Below, one piece after another: positions 43,791-54,540 of a stretch of 64,000 nucleotides of DNA. Made by a program: the position numbers and the translations under genes. The first letter of the stretch is position 1; each line of letters begins with the position of its first letter. This stretch comes from Candidatus Aminicenantes bacterium (GTDB taxonomy: Bacteria; Acidobacteriota; Aminicenantia; Aminicenantales; Aminicenantaceae). The notes beneath the pieces were generated by a model, which was not told the DNA's origin, ran no database searches, and saw nothing but the letters and a program-made list of their open reading frames with translations. The stretch is from the NCBI GenBank assembly GCA_046483285.1, contig JAWODN010000055.1, positions 36,530 through 100,529 of the forward strand. The letters run 5' to 3'.

Positions 43791-45902
43791 CTACTTGCTC
43801 AATTCTTCCACTTTTTTTGCGGCGTCGCGGTAATTCTTTTTCCAATCCATTATTTCCTGGTACAACGCCAATGATTTTTCAGTCTCACCTCTATCTTCAT
43901 GCAGAGCTGCCAATTCATATTTCAAAGCATAGTATTGTTCGGTTCCCTTCTTGACAAAATCAAGAGCTTTGCTTATCCACTTCATCGCTTCATCAAATTC
44001 TTTTTTTTGCCGGTAACAAAAACCGATGATGCTTGAACTTTCAACAAACAAATCTTCACTTTGAGCCGCCAGTTTGCATTCTTCAATAGCTTCATTCATA
44101 AGCCCCTGCTCCAAGAACGCAATTCCTAAATTATAATGGCTGTCATAATCTTTTTGGTCCACTTTCTCAACCAGAGCCTGTCGAAATTCTGAAACAATAT
44201 CCGTAAGAGCTTTCTCAATAACCGTGGTATCCCCCTTAAGCTGATAATTATAGACAGCTTTGATCGCTTCCAGTTCGTCTTTGATCCTGTCAGAAAGATC
44301 ATAAAATCGTTTGGCATCCGGTTCCTCCGCCGCTTCCGGAACAATGTCCGTTTCCGCGAAAATATCGGCGGCGGTTAATTTCTCTTCAGCCGTCTCTTGG
44401 TGTTCCCTGGGGGGAGGACTCCGTCTCGGAGGCGGCTGAGGTGTGAACGATCTGAAAATTTCCGTTTCTTTTTCGTGCGCATCCTTCACCCTTTCGGCCA
44501 CATCTTCTTCCTGACCGGCTTCAATATATTTATTTAACTCTTCGACTTTGTTTTCAATCTTGGGATGCCCCGGATATTTCGCCCGTAATTCGCTAAGCAT
44601 CCGTTTTGCGTTTTTCATCAATTTTTGTTTCAGGTAAAGATCAACTTTAGCCAAGGCTGAATCAATGACCTCCTCGGATTCATTCAGCGGGAGAGACGAT
44701 GATTCACTTTCCTCGCCGGCGTCCCCCAATTCATTTTTCAGTTCATTATGAATTCGGTAATATTGCTCATTCTCCGGAAATAAATTTAAAAGCTCGCCGG
44801 AAACGGCAAAGCATTTATCTTTGAGATCTTTCTCCTTATATAGATTCAACAGAATTTTAAGAACCATTTCCAAACAGCTTTTTTGCCCATTCCCCCTGTA
44901 AATATCCGCTAATTTTTCCATGGTCCGCAGATGTGGAACCCTGCGGGAGATAATCAAGCCCAACAAACCAATGGCCTGATCGGTTTTCCGTTTCCTTACC
45001 AGCTTATCGACCAGCGGTTCAAAAAGATTGAATGTGTCATCCAAGCGGTCTTTTTGGACATATATCTTCCCTAACTTGACTTTGGCTTCCACTTCTTTTT
45101 GATCAACCGATACGATTTTTGAAAAAATTTCTTCGGCCTTATCGATTTTCCCTTCCTCGAGATGAAAATTCCCAAAAATCGTTAAAGCCCGAGAATTTTC
45201 CGGATCTTTTTTTAAAATTTCATTTATAAGATCAAGCGATTCCTTCTTTTTGTTTTGTTTCTTATACAGGTTGATCAAATTCGTTAAAGTGCGCGAATGA
45301 TCTTCCTTAAGGCGTTTCGCTTCCTCTAAAATTTCGTCCACGCCTTTGAGGTCGTTCCGGCTCATTCTGAATTCAGCAACCTTATTCAATTCTTCAACCG
45401 CTTTATCCATTTTTTCTTCTTTTTGATATAACCGGGCCAAAACAATTCGGGATTCCATATCCCCGGGCCCTAATTTAAGAAGAGATTCATAAGCCTCAAT
45501 AGCTTTTCCGGTTTTATTCTTACCGGCCAATGTGCGCGCCGATTTTTGATATTCCACTCTGGCTTCACTGGGAAAACCCTGATCTTCATATAATTCAGCC
45601 AAGCGGAGAGAGGTTTCAAAGTCATCCGGATCCATTCTTATGACCCGTTTGAGACAAGCGATGGTCTTTGAATATAATCCTTTCTCTTCATAAATCCCCG
45701 CAATTTTTTTGAATTCAGAGACGGCTTTTTCTTTCTGGTTGGATTTGACATAGAGGTCGCCGATAATATTCCGGATGGATATGTCCTGTTCTTCTCCGGT
45801 TAAAAGCTTCTGATATTCCGTTACGGCCTCGGAAAATTTTCCCTTTTTTATGAATTTTTCAGCCTGAGATTCGATTTTTTGTCTTTCTTTTTGGCTGATC
45901 AT
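43791..45902 (-). CDS. Large TPR-repeat protein
   Basis: 703 aa with at least 12 TPR-like 34-aa repeats, a proline-rich linker (TPQPPPRRSPPPRE) and a Lys/Glu-rich composition. Confidence 0.75.
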   Translation of the reverse strand: MISQKERQKIESQAEKFIKKGKFSEAVTEYQKLLTGEEQDISIRNIIGDLYVKSNQKEKAVSEFKKIAGIYEEKGLYSKTIACLKRVIRMDPDDFETSLRLAELYEDQGFPSEARVEYQKSARTLAGKNKTGKAIEAYESLLKLGPGDMESRIVLARLYQKEEKMDKAVEELNKVAEFRMSRNDLKGVDEILEEAKRLKEDHSRTLTNLINLYKKQNKKKESLDLINEILKKDPENSRALTIFGNFHLEEGKIDKAEEIFSKIVSVDQKEVEAKVKLGKIYVQKDRLDDTFNLFEPLVDKLVRKRKTDQAIGLLGLIISRRVPHLRTMEKLADIYRGNGQKSCLEMVLKILLNLYKEKDLKDKCFAVSGELLNLFPENEQYYRIHNELKNELGDAGEESESSSLPLNESEEVIDSALAKVDLYLKQKLMKNAKRMLSELRAKYPGHPKIENKVEELNKYIEAGQEEDVAERVKDAHEKETEIFRSFTPQPPPRRSPPPREHQETAEEKLTAADIFAETDIVPEAAEEPDAKRFYDLSDRIKDELEAIKAVYNYQLKGDTTVIEKALTDIVSEFRQALVEKVDQKDYDSHYNLGIAFLEQGLMNEAIEECKLAAQSEDLFVESSSIIGFCYRQKKEFDEAMKWISKALDFVKKGTEQYYALKYELAALHEDRGETEKSLALYQEIMDWKKNYRDAAKKVEELSK

Positions 45903-45904
45903 TT

Positions 45905-45995
45905 CATTCTGACCTATACCTTAGCCTTACCTCTGTTTAAAAAAATCGATCCCTCGCGGCCATGGGTGGGGGCAATGTTCGGCCCGTTCATCACA
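45905..45995 (-). repeat. Mosaic-repeat terminal piece in minus orientation (pre-start motif, A7, H/G-like CGCGGCCATGGGTGGGGGC, GGCCCGTTCATCA), facing the TPR gene
   Basis: Reverse complement GGTAAGGCTAAGGTATAGGTCAG lies immediately 5' of the TPR ATG. It matches AGGCTAAGGTATAAGTCAGG (36611-36630) and CTAAGGTATAGGTCAGG (15601-15617). Confidence 0.7.
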
Positions 45996-46170
45996 CAGGC
46001 TAAAAACACTTTACATCATTTTTATTGATGCCGTCAACACCAGGCAGGGCACGCCGTCTCTTTTTTTTCAGGGCGGGTGAGGAGGATGATAAGGGGCAGC
46101 CGCAAGGTGATGCCGGGTTGAGGGGAAAAATGACGGGCGTCCGGAAGAAACTCAATGCCGGTGGTTTTCG

Positions 46171-46518
46171 TCAACGCGGGCGGACTTCTTTTAACCGGGC
46201 GGCTTTGCCTTTTAAATCCCGCAGATAATACAGCTTGGCACGCCTGACCCGGCCCTTCCTTTCAAATTTAATCTTCTTGATCATGGTGGAATGAAGGGGT
46301 AAAATCCTTTCCACCCCAATCCCGAAAGACACTTTTCTCACCGTGAAGGTCTCATTTATGCCGGAACTCCGCCGGGCGATAACAACTCCTTTGAAAACCT
46401 GAATTCTTTCTTTTTCCCCCTCCCTGATTAAAACATGAACGCTGACAGTATCACCCACATCAAAAGAGTCAACTTCTTTTTTCATATGTTTTTTTTCAAC
46501 AGTCTCCATGATATTCAT
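46171..46518 (-). CDS. rplS: 50S ribosomal protein L19
   Basis: GDTVSVHV...[13 protein letters not shown]...FTVRK signature. Confidence 0.9.
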   Translation of the reverse strand: MNIMETVEKKHMKKEVDSFDVGDTVSVHVLIREGEKERIQVFKGVVIARRSSGINETFTVRKVSFGIGVERILPLHSTMIKKIKFERKGRVRRAKLYYLRDLKGKAARLKEVRPR

Positions 46519-47251
46519 TGGTTTTCCTCTCTTTATTTATCTTATTCAAAATATCTTTATCTTCCAGAGTCAGAAAGCTCTTTTTCAGCAATTCCGGGCG
46601 AAACCGTTTGGTCTTTTCCAACGATTTCTTCCTCCGCCAATGATCGATTTTTTTATGATCCCCTGAGAACAGCACCTCAGGGACCTTTAAGCCCCGGTAC
46701 TCACGCGGCCGGGTGTATTGCGGGTAATCCAACCTTCCGTGACTGAAGGATTCATTTTCCACAGATTCCGCTTTACCGACCACCCCGGCCACAAACCGGG
46801 AAACAGCATCAATAACAACCATGGCGGCAGGCTCCCCTCCGGTCACCACATAGTCTCCGATTGAAATTTCTTCCGTGGCTGCTTTTTCCGCCACTCTTTC
46901 ATCCACACCTTCATAGCGCCCGCAGATTAAAATAACCTGTTCCTGAGCGGCTAAATTTTCGGCCATTTTACTGCTGAAACGTTTTCCTTGAGGGGACAGC
47001 AAACAAACAGACGCCTTTTCACTCTTTTTAAGGGCATCCACGGCACGAAATATGGGTTCCGGCTTCAAAACCATTCCCGGACTGCCTCCATAAGGCCGGT
47101 CGTCCACCTGCCTGTGCTTATCCCGTGTGTAGTCCCGCAGGTCATGAATCCCCACTTGGATAAGCCCTTTTTCCAAAGCTTTCTTCAATACGCCCGCCGA
47201 AAAAAATCCCGAGAACATATCCGGGAAAATGGTAATTATATCAAACCTCAT
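46496..47251 (-). CDS. trmD: tRNA (guanine37-N1)-methyltransferase
   Basis: [13 protein letters not shown] start, [13 protein letters not shown] and the [13 protein letters not shown] knot. Confidence 0.9.
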   Translation of the reverse strand: MRFDIITIFPDMFSGFFSAGVLKKALEKGLIQVGIHDLRDYTRDKHRQVDDRPYGGSPGMVLKPEPIFRAVDALKKSEKASVCLLSPQGKRFSSKMAENLAAQEQVILICGRYEGVDERVAEKAATEEISIGDYVVTGGEPAAMVVIDAVSRFVAGVVGKAESVENESFSHGRLDYPQYTRPREYRGLKVPEVLFSGDHKKIDHWRRKKSLEKTKRFRPELLKKSFLTLEDKDILNKINKERKTNEYHGDC

Positions 47252-47762
47252 TCAAATCCAAAAGCCCTTCCGGGGGGTCTATAATGATCCGCTTCCCGGG
47301 AATATCCACTTCCACGCAGATGTTTTCGCTGAAAGGAATCAAGACCTCCCGTTGATCTTGCCTTACCTGAAGCAAATCATTCCCGCCGGCCGGGATGATC
47401 CCGGTAACTTCACCGGCTTCGCTTCCCTCAACTGTTAGTACAGCGCATCCAATCAGTTGAAAGTGATAGTATTCTCCCGGTTCGGTTGGAAAAAGCACGC
47501 TTTCGGGTACCAGCACTTCCGCGCCCGCCAAAAGACCGGCCTCTTCAATAGAGTTCACTCCCTCTAATTTCAGCAGAAAGTAATCTTTTGCGGCGCGTAA
47601 AGACTCCACTCGATATTTTTCGATCGAGTTTCTTTTTTTTATAAATACTTTTGATAAAAAAAGCGGCTCAGGCGAATGGATAAAAGGATGAATTTTCAGC
47701 TCACCCTTCACCCCCCGGGCTTTAGCAATTCGCCCTATGCTGACTAAATTATCCTCTTTCAA
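47241..47762 (-). CDS. rimM: Ribosome maturation factor RimM
   Basis: N-terminal [16 protein letters not shown] and a PRC barrel at the C-terminus. Confidence 0.85.
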   Translation of the reverse strand: MKEDNLVSIGRIAKARGVKGELKIHPFIHSPEPLFLSKVFIKKRNSIEKYRVESLRAAKDYFLLKLEGVNSIEEAGLLAGAEVLVPESVLFPTEPGEYYHFQLIGCAVLTVEGSEAGEVTGIIPAGGNDLLQVRQDQREVLIPFSENICVEVDIPGKRIIIDPPEGLLDLNEV

Positions 47763-47985
47763 TAATTTCTAAATTGAATCTTCTCTTTAATTTCATGCCG
47801 GCGGCGCCAAGAATCACCCGGATGGCTCTTGCGGTTCTCCCCTGTTTTCCAATGACTTTACCCAAATCTTCCTGAGCAACTTTAAGTTCAAGAATTGTGG
47901 TTTGCTCTCCCTCTAATTGGGAAACCACCACTTGATCCGGACTGTCTACTAATGATTTAGCAATCATTTCTACGAGTTCTTTCAC
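47749..47985 (-). CDS. KH-domain RNA-binding protein (YlqC/UPF0109 family)
   Basis: [17 protein letters not shown] GxxG motif. Canonical position between rpsP and rimM. Confidence 0.75.
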   Translation of the reverse strand: MKELVEMIAKSLVDSPDQVVVSQLEGEQTTILELKVAQEDLGKVIGKQGRTARAIRVILGAAGMKLKRRFNLEIIERG

Positions 47986-48005
47986 TGTAACCTCCTTAAA
48001 GTCAG

Positions 48006-48260
48006 TTAATCGGTTTGCTTTTCTCTTTTAGAAAATTTATGTAAAAGAGATTGGACAGTTTGAGAAGGCTGTGCTCCTTGTTCCAGCCAATAGTTTGCTC
48101 TTTCCATATTCACTTTTATTTCCGGGGGCTCCTTCAATGGATCATAATACCCCAGGATTTCATTTGTCCGGCCTTCTCTGGGTTTACGGGAATCCATAAC
48201 GATGATTCGATAAAAAGGCCTTTTTTTTGCACCGAGTCTTTTGAGTCTGATGGCAACCAT
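48006..48260 (-). CDS. rpsP: 30S ribosomal protein S16
   Basis: [22 protein letters not shown]-terminus. Confidence 0.9.
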   Translation of the reverse strand: MVAIRLKRLGAKKRPFYRIIVMDSRKPREGRTNEILGYYDPLKEPPEIKVNMERANYWLEQGAQPSQTVQSLLHKFSKREKQTD

Positions 48261-48413
48261 TTTGAGTCTATTTCTCCAGCATTATTAGATAAATTTTGAT
48301 AATACCGAAATTAATAAAACAAGTCAACTCTTGATGATGCGCAACCCGGGGCTGCCGCAGAGGCCCGGCTCCGGAATATTATTTTGTGTTACGCTTTTTG
48401 CGGGACCGGAGGG

Positions 48414-49739
48414 CTAATGGGGTAAAGAAGACGACATCATTTTTTTAAAGCCCGGGCTTTTCATCATTTTTTTCATTTCAAAAAACTGCTTCAGCAGTTG
48501 GTTGACTTCAGACACGGGGCGTCCGCTTCCACGGGCGATCCGGCGGCGCCGGCTTCCGTTGATAATTTTGGGATTTCTTCTCTCTTCCGGAGTCATTGAA
48601 TTAATGACCGCCTCATAATAAACCAGTTTTTTATCATCCACCGTCAGTTTGTTCATGTTCTTAAAGATGCCTCCGGCAGGCAAACCGCTCATAATTTGGG
48701 ACAAAGACCCCATTTTTTTTATCTGATTCAATTGTTTTTGAAAATCTTCCAGGGTGAATTCCTGCTTTTTTAATTTCCTGGCCAGTTCTTCCGCCTGCTT
48801 GATATCCGTTTCTTTTTCCGCTTTCTCTATCAAGCTCAACATATCTCCCATCCCCAAAATCCGGGAAGCCATGCGGTCAGGATGAAACAGCTCCAGGCGG
48901 TCAAATTTTTCTCCGGTGCCTATGAATTTCACCGGTTTCCCGGTGATATACACAATCGACAAAGCCGCTCCTCCCCTGGCGTCCGCATCCAATTTGGTCA
49001 GGATAATCGAGGTCAATCCGATTTTTTCTTCGAACCGGGCTGCGCTTTTCACCGCATCCTGCCCTGTCAAAGCATCTCCCACATAAATGATTTCATCCGG
49101 TTCCAATATCTTCCCGGCCAGTTTCAATTCCTCCATAAGTTCAGTGTCAATGTGCAAACGTCCCGCCGTATCCACAATCAAGGGATTATGCCCCTGCTCC
49201 CGGGCATACTGTTTGACTTCTCTTAACGCCTTCTGAGGAGACGCCATGTGTCTTGGGGAAAGTTTGAAAAACGGGATGGAAATGGATTGTGCGATGGTCT
49301 CCAATTGCTCCTGCGCTGCCGGCCTTTTCAGGTCAAATGAAACCAACAGGGGTTTCCGCCCCCGGTCCGATTCCATTTTCGCTAATTTTCCGCAGGTGGT
49401 GGTTTTTCCTGTTCCCTGCAGCCCGACCAGCATAAACACAGCCGGAGAGGAGGTATACTCGAGTTCTTGTTTTTCCTGTCCCAGGATGGACGTCATCTCA
49501 TCTTTGATTATCTTGATAACCTGCTGTGCCGGAGTCAAACTCTCCAGAACATGGCTGTCCAGGGCTTTTTGCTTGACCCCGGCTTCAAAACTTTTCACCA
49601 CCTGATAATTCACGTCCGCTTCCAAAAAAGCCATCCTCATCATTTTCAAGGCTTGTTCCATGTTTTTTTCCGTGATTTTGCCTTCACCACGAAGAAATTT
49701 CACTATTTTTTGGAAACGGTCTGACAGTTGATTCAGCAT
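48414..49739 (-). CDS. ffh: Signal recognition particle protein Ffh
   Basis: N domain, G domain (GLQGTGKTTTCGKLA, DTAGR, TKLDADARGG) and an M domain with a Met-rich C-terminus. Confidence 0.9.
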   Translation of the reverse strand: MLNQLSDRFQKIVKFLRGEGKITEKNMEQALKMMRMAFLEADVNYQVVKSFEAGVKQKALDSHVLESLTPAQQVIKIIKDEMTSILGQEKQELEYTSSPAVFMLVGLQGTGKTTTCGKLAKMESDRGRKPLLVSFDLKRPAAQEQLETIAQSISIPFFKLSPRHMASPQKALREVKQYAREQGHNPLIVDTAGRLHIDTELMEELKLAGKILEPDEIIYVGDALTGQDAVKSAARFEEKIGLTSIILTKLDADARGGAALSIVYITGKPVKFIGTGEKFDRLELFHPDRMASRILGMGDMLSLIEKAEKETDIKQAEELARKLKKQEFTLEDFQKQLNQIKKMGSLSQIMSGLPAGGIFKNMNKLTVDDKKLVYYEAVINSMTPEERRNPKIINGSRRRRIARGSGRPVSEVNQLLKQFFEMKKMMKSPGFKKMMSSSLPH

Positions 49740-49756
49740 GTCATTAATCCTTTCAT

Positions 49757-49780
49757 CCCGGCCCGTGAATAAATTATAGC
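49757..49780. repeat. Short repeat fragment CCCGGCCCGTGAATAAATTATA next to the ffh start
   Basis: Matches CCCGGCCCGTGAATAATTCAGGTATAAT (16660-16690). Confidence 0.35.
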
Positions 49781-49899
49781 GTATGTGAAACCCACATTCA
49801 AAATCCGCGCGAAGGACGGCACAGCTGATGAAGGGCCCCCGCCTTGACTTTTCCCGCTTTTATGTTTAAGTTAATAATCGTTTACCGAGGAGAGTCATC

Positions 49900-50367
49900 A
49901 TGAAGCCCAAAATTGATTATAAAGAAATCATTAAGCTTATAGATCTTTTGGAAGAAAAAAAACTTTACCACTTTGAGCTGGAAACGGAAGGTTTTAAAAT
50001 CCGCATCGGGCGGAATCAGCCCCAAGCTGTCATCCAGAAAGGAATCCCTGTTCATGAGACGGCTCCTCCTCCTGCCGGCGAGGCCATTCCGGAAGAGCCT
50101 TCAACGGAAGAAACGCCTGGCAATAATCTTCATTATGTCGTCTCTCCCATGGTGGGGACATTCTACCGGGCCCCGGATCCTTCTTCTGAACCTTTCATTG
50201 AAATAGGCGAACCGGTACAGCCTAATCAAACCATGTGCATTATCGAAGCCATGAAGCTGATGAATGAAATAGAAGCCGATGTTTCCGGAGTTGTGGAGGA
50301 CATCCTGGTAAAAAATGGAGAACCGGTTGAATACGGGCAGAAGCTGTTCGCCGTCAAACCCAAGTGA
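49900..50367 (+). CDS. accB: Acetyl-CoA carboxylase biotin carboxyl carrier protein
   Basis: Biotinyl-lysine motif IIEAMKLMNEIEAD and a Pro/Ala-rich linker. Confidence 0.85.
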   Translation: MKPKIDYKEIIKLIDLLEEKKLYHFELETEGFKIRIGRNQPQAVIQKGIPVHETAPPPAGEAIPEEPSTEETPGNNLHYVVSPMVGTFYRAPDPSSEPFIEIGEPVQPNQTMCIIEAMKLMNEIEADVSGVVEDILVKNGEPVEYGQKLFAVKPK

Positions 50368-50376
50368 TTCATTCCC

Positions 50377-51720
50377 ATGTTTTCGAAAATCCTGATCGCC
50401 AACCGAGGAGAAATCGCCCTTAGAATCATCAGGGCCGCCGCGGAAATGGGAATAAAGACCGTCGCGGTTTATTCCGAAGCAGACAAAGACGCCCTGCACA
50501 CCGTGATGGCGGATGAAAAAGTATGCATCGGCCCGGCGAAATCCAGCGAGAGTTATTTAAATATTCCCAATATCATTTCCACCGCCAACATAACCAAATC
50601 CGACGCCATTCATCCCGGCTATGGGTTTCTGGCGGAAAATCCCCGTTTCCCCGAGGTCTGCGGCCAGGAAGGGATCACTTTTATCGGCCCTTCGTCCTCC
50701 GTCATCCGCCTTATGGGGGATAAGAACAAAGCCAGGCAGGAAATGAAAAAAGCCAAGCTTCCGGTGATACCGGGATCAGATCAGATCATCGAAGATTTGG
50801 AAGAAGCCGCGAATCAGGCCAAAAAAATTGGCTATCCGGTTATCTTGAAGGCCGCGGCCGGGGGAGGCGGAAAAGGCATGCGGATCGTCAAGACGGAATC
50901 CAGTTTATCCGATCAATTCATTATCGCCCGCAATGAATCACATTCCGCATTCGGCAACCCGGCCCTGTATATGGAGAAATACATTCAAGAATCCCGGCAT
51001 ATTGAAATACAAGTTGTCCGGGACCACAAAGGAAACAGTCTGGCATTAGCTGAGCGGGAATGTTCGGTGCAGCGCAAGCATCAAAAAGTCATCGAAGAAT
51101 CCCCCTCCCCTTTCATTGATGATAAATTAAGGAAAAAAATGATCAAATCGGTCGAAGCCGCCGCCGATTATCTTGACTACACCAGCCTGGGAACCTTTGA
51201 ATTTTTGGTGGATAAAGAAAAAAATTTTTACTTCATGGAAGCCAACACCCGAATTCAGGTGGAGCACCCCATAACAGAATTTTTATATGGAATCGATCTG
51301 GTCAAGGAGCAAATTAAGCTGGCGGCCGGTGAGCCGTTGTCTCTTAACCGGAATATGGATTACCGGGGCCACAGTGTTGAATGCCGGATCAATGCGGAAG
51401 ATTCCCAGACCTTCATTCCTTCGCCGGGGAAAATTGATTTTTTGGTTTTTCCAGGCGGACAAGGCATCCGGGTCGATTCCGCAGCTTATCAAGGGTGGAA
51501 AATCCCTCCACATTATGATTCCCTTCTGGCCAAAATCATTGCCCATGCGCCCACCCGGGAAGAAGCCCTGAAAAAAATCGAAACCGCCCTGGAGATGACC
51601 ACGGTGGTTGGAGTCAAAACCAATATTCCGCTGCATCTGAAAATATTGGGCAATTCCCACTTCAGACATGGCGATTACCATATTCAATTCCTGGAGAAGC
51701 TCCTCGCCTCCGGGAAATAA
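50377..51720 (+). CDS. accC: Biotin carboxylase
   Basis: ATP-grasp motifs GYPVILKAAAGGGGKGMRIV and EMNTRIQVEHP-like (MEANTRIQVEHP), plus the catalytic RDCS-like region. Confidence 0.9.
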   Translation: MFSKILIANRGEIALRIIRAAAEMGIKTVAVYSEADKDALHTVMADEKVCIGPAKSSESYLNIPNIISTANITKSDAIHPGYGFLAENPRFPEVCGQEGITFIGPSSSVIRLMGDKNKARQEMKKAKLPVIPGSDQIIEDLEEAANQAKKIGYPVILKAAAGGGGKGMRIVKTESSLSDQFIIARNESHSAFGNPALYMEKYIQESRHIEIQVVRDHKGNSLALAERECSVQRKHQKVIEESPSPFIDDKLRKKMIKSVEAAADYLDYTSLGTFEFLVDKEKNFYFMEANTRIQVEHPITEFLYGIDLVKEQIKLAAGEPLSLNRNMDYRGHSVECRINAEDSQTFIPSPGKIDFLVFPGGQGIRVDSAAYQGWKIPPHYDSLLAKIIAHAPTREEALKKIETALEMTTVVGVKTNIPLHLKILGNSHFRHGDYHIQFLEKLLASGK

Positions 51721-52296
51721 CTATTCCGGGTCCAGCCGCATTTCCACCTGGAAACGACCCCCGTTGTCTTCCGTCACAAGTTCGTTAATCCCGAGAAACA
51801 ATTGACCGTCAATGGGCATTTGGATCCGGTTTTCCTCCCCGACATAAAAAAATTCAATCAGCTCGTGCCTTATTTCCTCACCGGTTTCCTCGTCTTCCTC
51901 GACCGAGAGAAGCAGAACCACCTTTCCTATCAAGGCGCCGATATTATGTTTTTGGAGAGGCTGCTGAACTGTCTTGAGATCTTTATATCCATCGGGTCCG
52001 CAGTAGGCCATTGGATTTCCCCTCTGCAAAGATATCATCCCGGAGGCGCGGACGTGCAGCACCTGATCTCTCTTGACGTCAAATCCGGTGTCGATCCAAT
52101 GCCGGTCTGCCGGCACCGCCAGGTTATATGACTTGCCGGGCATGAGACCGAGTCTTTTCACGGCCTGAGCCCCCAAGAGAAAAGCAGCGAGCCCCAACAA
52201 CAGCAAAACCGGCACAGAGATCTTTTTTAATCCCGGCCTGAAAAGGTGCGGTCCGGCTTCCGGACATATTTTTTCAGTCTCAGCGATCCGGTCCAT
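51721..52296 (-). CDS. Hypothetical membrane-anchored secreted-type protein
   Basis: 191 aa. N-terminal TM/signal anchor (ISVPVLLLLGLAAFLLGAQA) and a beta-rich domain (HWIDTGFDVKRDQVLHVRASG...AYCGPDGY). Its stop abuts the accC stop with zero intergenic bases. Confidence 0.45.
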   Translation of the reverse strand: MDRIAETEKICPEAGPHLFRPGLKKISVPVLLLLGLAAFLLGAQAVKRLGLMPGKSYNLAVPADRHWIDTGFDVKRDQVLHVRASGMISLQRGNPMAYCGPDGYKDLKTVQQPLQKHNIGALIGKVVLLLSVEEDEETGEEIRHELIEFFYVGEENRIQMPIDGQLFLGINELVTEDNGGRFQVEMRLDPE

Positions 52297-52298
52297 GG

Positions 52299-53087
52299 CT
52301 ATTCCCTTTTTCCCTGTTTCAAAACCGATATCATTTGTTCATGAACAAGGCCGTTGGTGGCTAATATTTCGCTCCCGTCATGACGAAAAGGATTCCCGGC
52401 GAAATCGGTTATTCGCCCTCCCGCTTCAGACACGATCAAAGCCCCCGCCGCCATGTCCCATGGAGCCAGTTTCATTTCCCAAAAACCATCAAACCGGCCG
52501 CATGCCGTATAACAAAGATCCAAGGCCGCCGAACCGCAGCGGCGGATCGCCTGAGCCCGAACAGCCATGCGGGCGAAATGATCAAGGTTATTGACTTCAC
52601 TCTCCCTTATGTCATAAGGAAATCCCGTGGCGATCAGACTCCGGCCCAACCGGCCTTCCTTGGAAACAGCCAGAGCTTTCCCGTTGAGGGCGGCTCCCTT
52701 TCCCTTCCGGGCGGAGAACATCTCATCCCGGGCGGGATCATACACCACTCCTGTCACGATCTCCCCTCTATGCTCCAAAGCAATGGAAATGCAAAATACC
52801 GGGAAACCGTGGGCATAATTTGTCGTTCCGTCCAGAGGATCAACCAGCCAGAGGAATTCAGATCCTTTTTCGGACGTCAGCTCTTCCTCGGCCAGAACAT
52901 CATGGGAAGGGAAAATCCGCTGAAGATGCCCGGCGATCAGGCTTTGGGATTCTTTGTCCACATCCGTAATCAGGTCCACCGCCCCTTTATATGAAATCTT
53001 TCTTTTTTTCCCCCGGCGGCGGTTCAGCAAATTTCCCGCTTTTCGGGCGGTCTCGATCGCCGCCTCCAAGGTGTCATCGCTCTTCAT
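52299..53087 (-). CDS. suhB: Inositol monophosphatase family protein (SuhB-like)
   Basis: WLVDPLDGTTNYAHG metal-binding motif and the WDMAAG C-terminal motif. Confidence 0.8.
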   Translation of the reverse strand: MKSDDTLEAAIETARKAGNLLNRRRGKKRKISYKGAVDLITDVDKESQSLIAGHLQRIFPSHDVLAEEELTSEKGSEFLWLVDPLDGTTNYAHGFPVFCISIALEHRGEIVTGVVYDPARDEMFSARKGKGAALNGKALAVSKEGRLGRSLIATGFPYDIRESEVNNLDHFARMAVRAQAIRRCGSAALDLCYTACGRFDGFWEMKLAPWDMAAGALIVSEAGGRITDFAGNPFRHDGSEILATNGLVHEQMISVLKQGKRE

Positions 53088-53139
53088 AAATCAATCTTCT
53101 CCTTCCGCGTTTCTATAAAAAGCCCATACGCCGCATTAT

Positions 53140-53192
53140 TCCTTGCCGGCATGTCATTGTCATCGCAATTTTTTTACCCTTCGGGCAAGATG
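53140..53192. repeat. E-module fragment (GTCATTGTCATCGCAATTTTTTTACCCTTCGGGC)
   Basis: Matches TTTTAATCGCAATTTTTTTACCCTTCGGGCGGGC (27064-27092) and the reverse complement of 36462-36492. Confidence 0.6.
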
Positions 53193-53322
53193 AATGAGTT
53201 TATCATCTTATCAACTCTCGCCTTTTTCAGCAACTTAAAACCTTTTACCAGTCCATCCGTAATGATAAGCTGATGGATTAATTTGGCTTAAGTATGATAA
53301 ACTCAACCTGAGAGAGGATGGA

Positions 53323-54540
53323 ATGAGCAACCCGAAAAGCAAACGCCGCAAAAGAAAAAAACCTTTGATCATAACAGCCGCCGTGGTGCTTTTAGGGTTG
53401 ATTATCTTCTTCAACCTCCAGGCTCAGAGGGAAAAAGCGGCCGCCGTCACAGTAGAAAAGGTTGAACGCCGTAATCTCATCTCGAAAATTTCCGCCAGCG
53501 GAGAAGTGAAACCCCGCAAAAGCGTAAATATCAGCGCCCATATCCCCGGCCGCATCGTTGAGATCGGTGTGGAAGAGGGAGAAGAAGTGGAAAAAGAAGA
53601 TTTTCTTTTGAAGCTGGAATCCATTCAGTATGAAGCTGACGCTGAAAGAGACCGCGCCAGAATCCAATCCCTGGAAGCTGAAAAAAACAAAGCAGAAACC
53701 TCTCTTGAAAATGATAAGGCGGTTTACCAACGCCAGCAAAAATTATATGAACAGGAACTTATATCCAGCGAACACTTGGAAGCGGCCCGCACTCAATACA
53801 AAATTTCCAAGGCCCATCATGAATCCATTCTCTTTCAAATTCAGCAGGCCCGGGCCACATTGAAAGCCACTCTTAATAATCTGGGAAAAACTGTCTATAA
53901 CGCCCCCATCGGAGGTGTCGTCACCAGCTTGAATGTGGAAGAAGGGGAAATCGCCCTGGTGGGAACCATGAACAACCCAGGGACCGTGCTCATGACCATC
54001 GCCGACCTTTCCATCATGGAAGTCGATGTCAAGGTGGATGAGACAGACGTGGTCAATGTGGAACGGGGCCAAACCGCCGAGGTGAGGGTGGATGCTTTCC
54101 CCGGCCGGGTCATCCGAGGGGACGTGACGGAAATCGGCAGCTCCGCCATCCAGAAGCTTTCCGCCGCTGAAGAATCCAGGGATTTCAAAGTCGTCATCAC
54201 CCTGGCTGATCCCCCGGATAACCTGAAACCGGGTCTTTCAGCCTCCGCCGATATTATCACGGCCGAAAAGAAAAATGTTTTGGCCGTCCCTATTTCCGCC
54301 CTGGTTCTGCGCCAGAAAGACAATGAAGCCGGGGAAGAAGAGGAGGAAGGTGTTTTCATTGTTCAAGACGAAGAAGCCCGCTTCAGAAAAGTCGAAAAAG
54401 GAATTATGGGGGAATTGAACATTGAGATCATCTCCGGATTAAAAGACGGGGAGACCGTGATTAACGGACCTTACAGCGTGTTGAGGCAGCTGAGCGAAGG
54501 CACCCGGGTTAAAACCGAAGAAAGACGACATAATCAGTGA
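53323..54540 (+). CDS. Periplasmic membrane-fusion adaptor protein (HlyD/MacA family)
   Basis: N-terminal anchor, coiled-coil hairpin (Ala/Glu-rich with heptads), then lipoyl-like and beta-barrel segments ([19 protein letters not shown]). Confidence 0.8.
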   Translation: MSNPKSKRRKRKKPLIITAAVVLLGLIIFFNLQAQREKAAAVTVEKVERRNLISKISASGEVKPRKSVNISAHIPGRIVEIGVEEGEEVEKEDFLLKLESIQYEADAERDRARIQSLEAEKNKAETSLENDKAVYQRQQKLYEQELISSEHLEAARTQYKISKAHHESILFQIQQARATLKATLNNLGKTVYNAPIGGVVTSLNVEEGEIALVGTMNNPGTVLMTIADLSIMEVDVKVDETDVVNVERGQTAEVRVDAFPGRVIRGDVTEIGSSAIQKLSAAEESRDFKVVITLADPPDNLKPGLSASADIITAEKKNVLAVPISALVLRQKDNEAGEEEEEGVFIVQDEEARFRKVEKGIMGELNIEIISGLKDGETVINGPYSVLRQLSEGTRVKTEERRHNQ

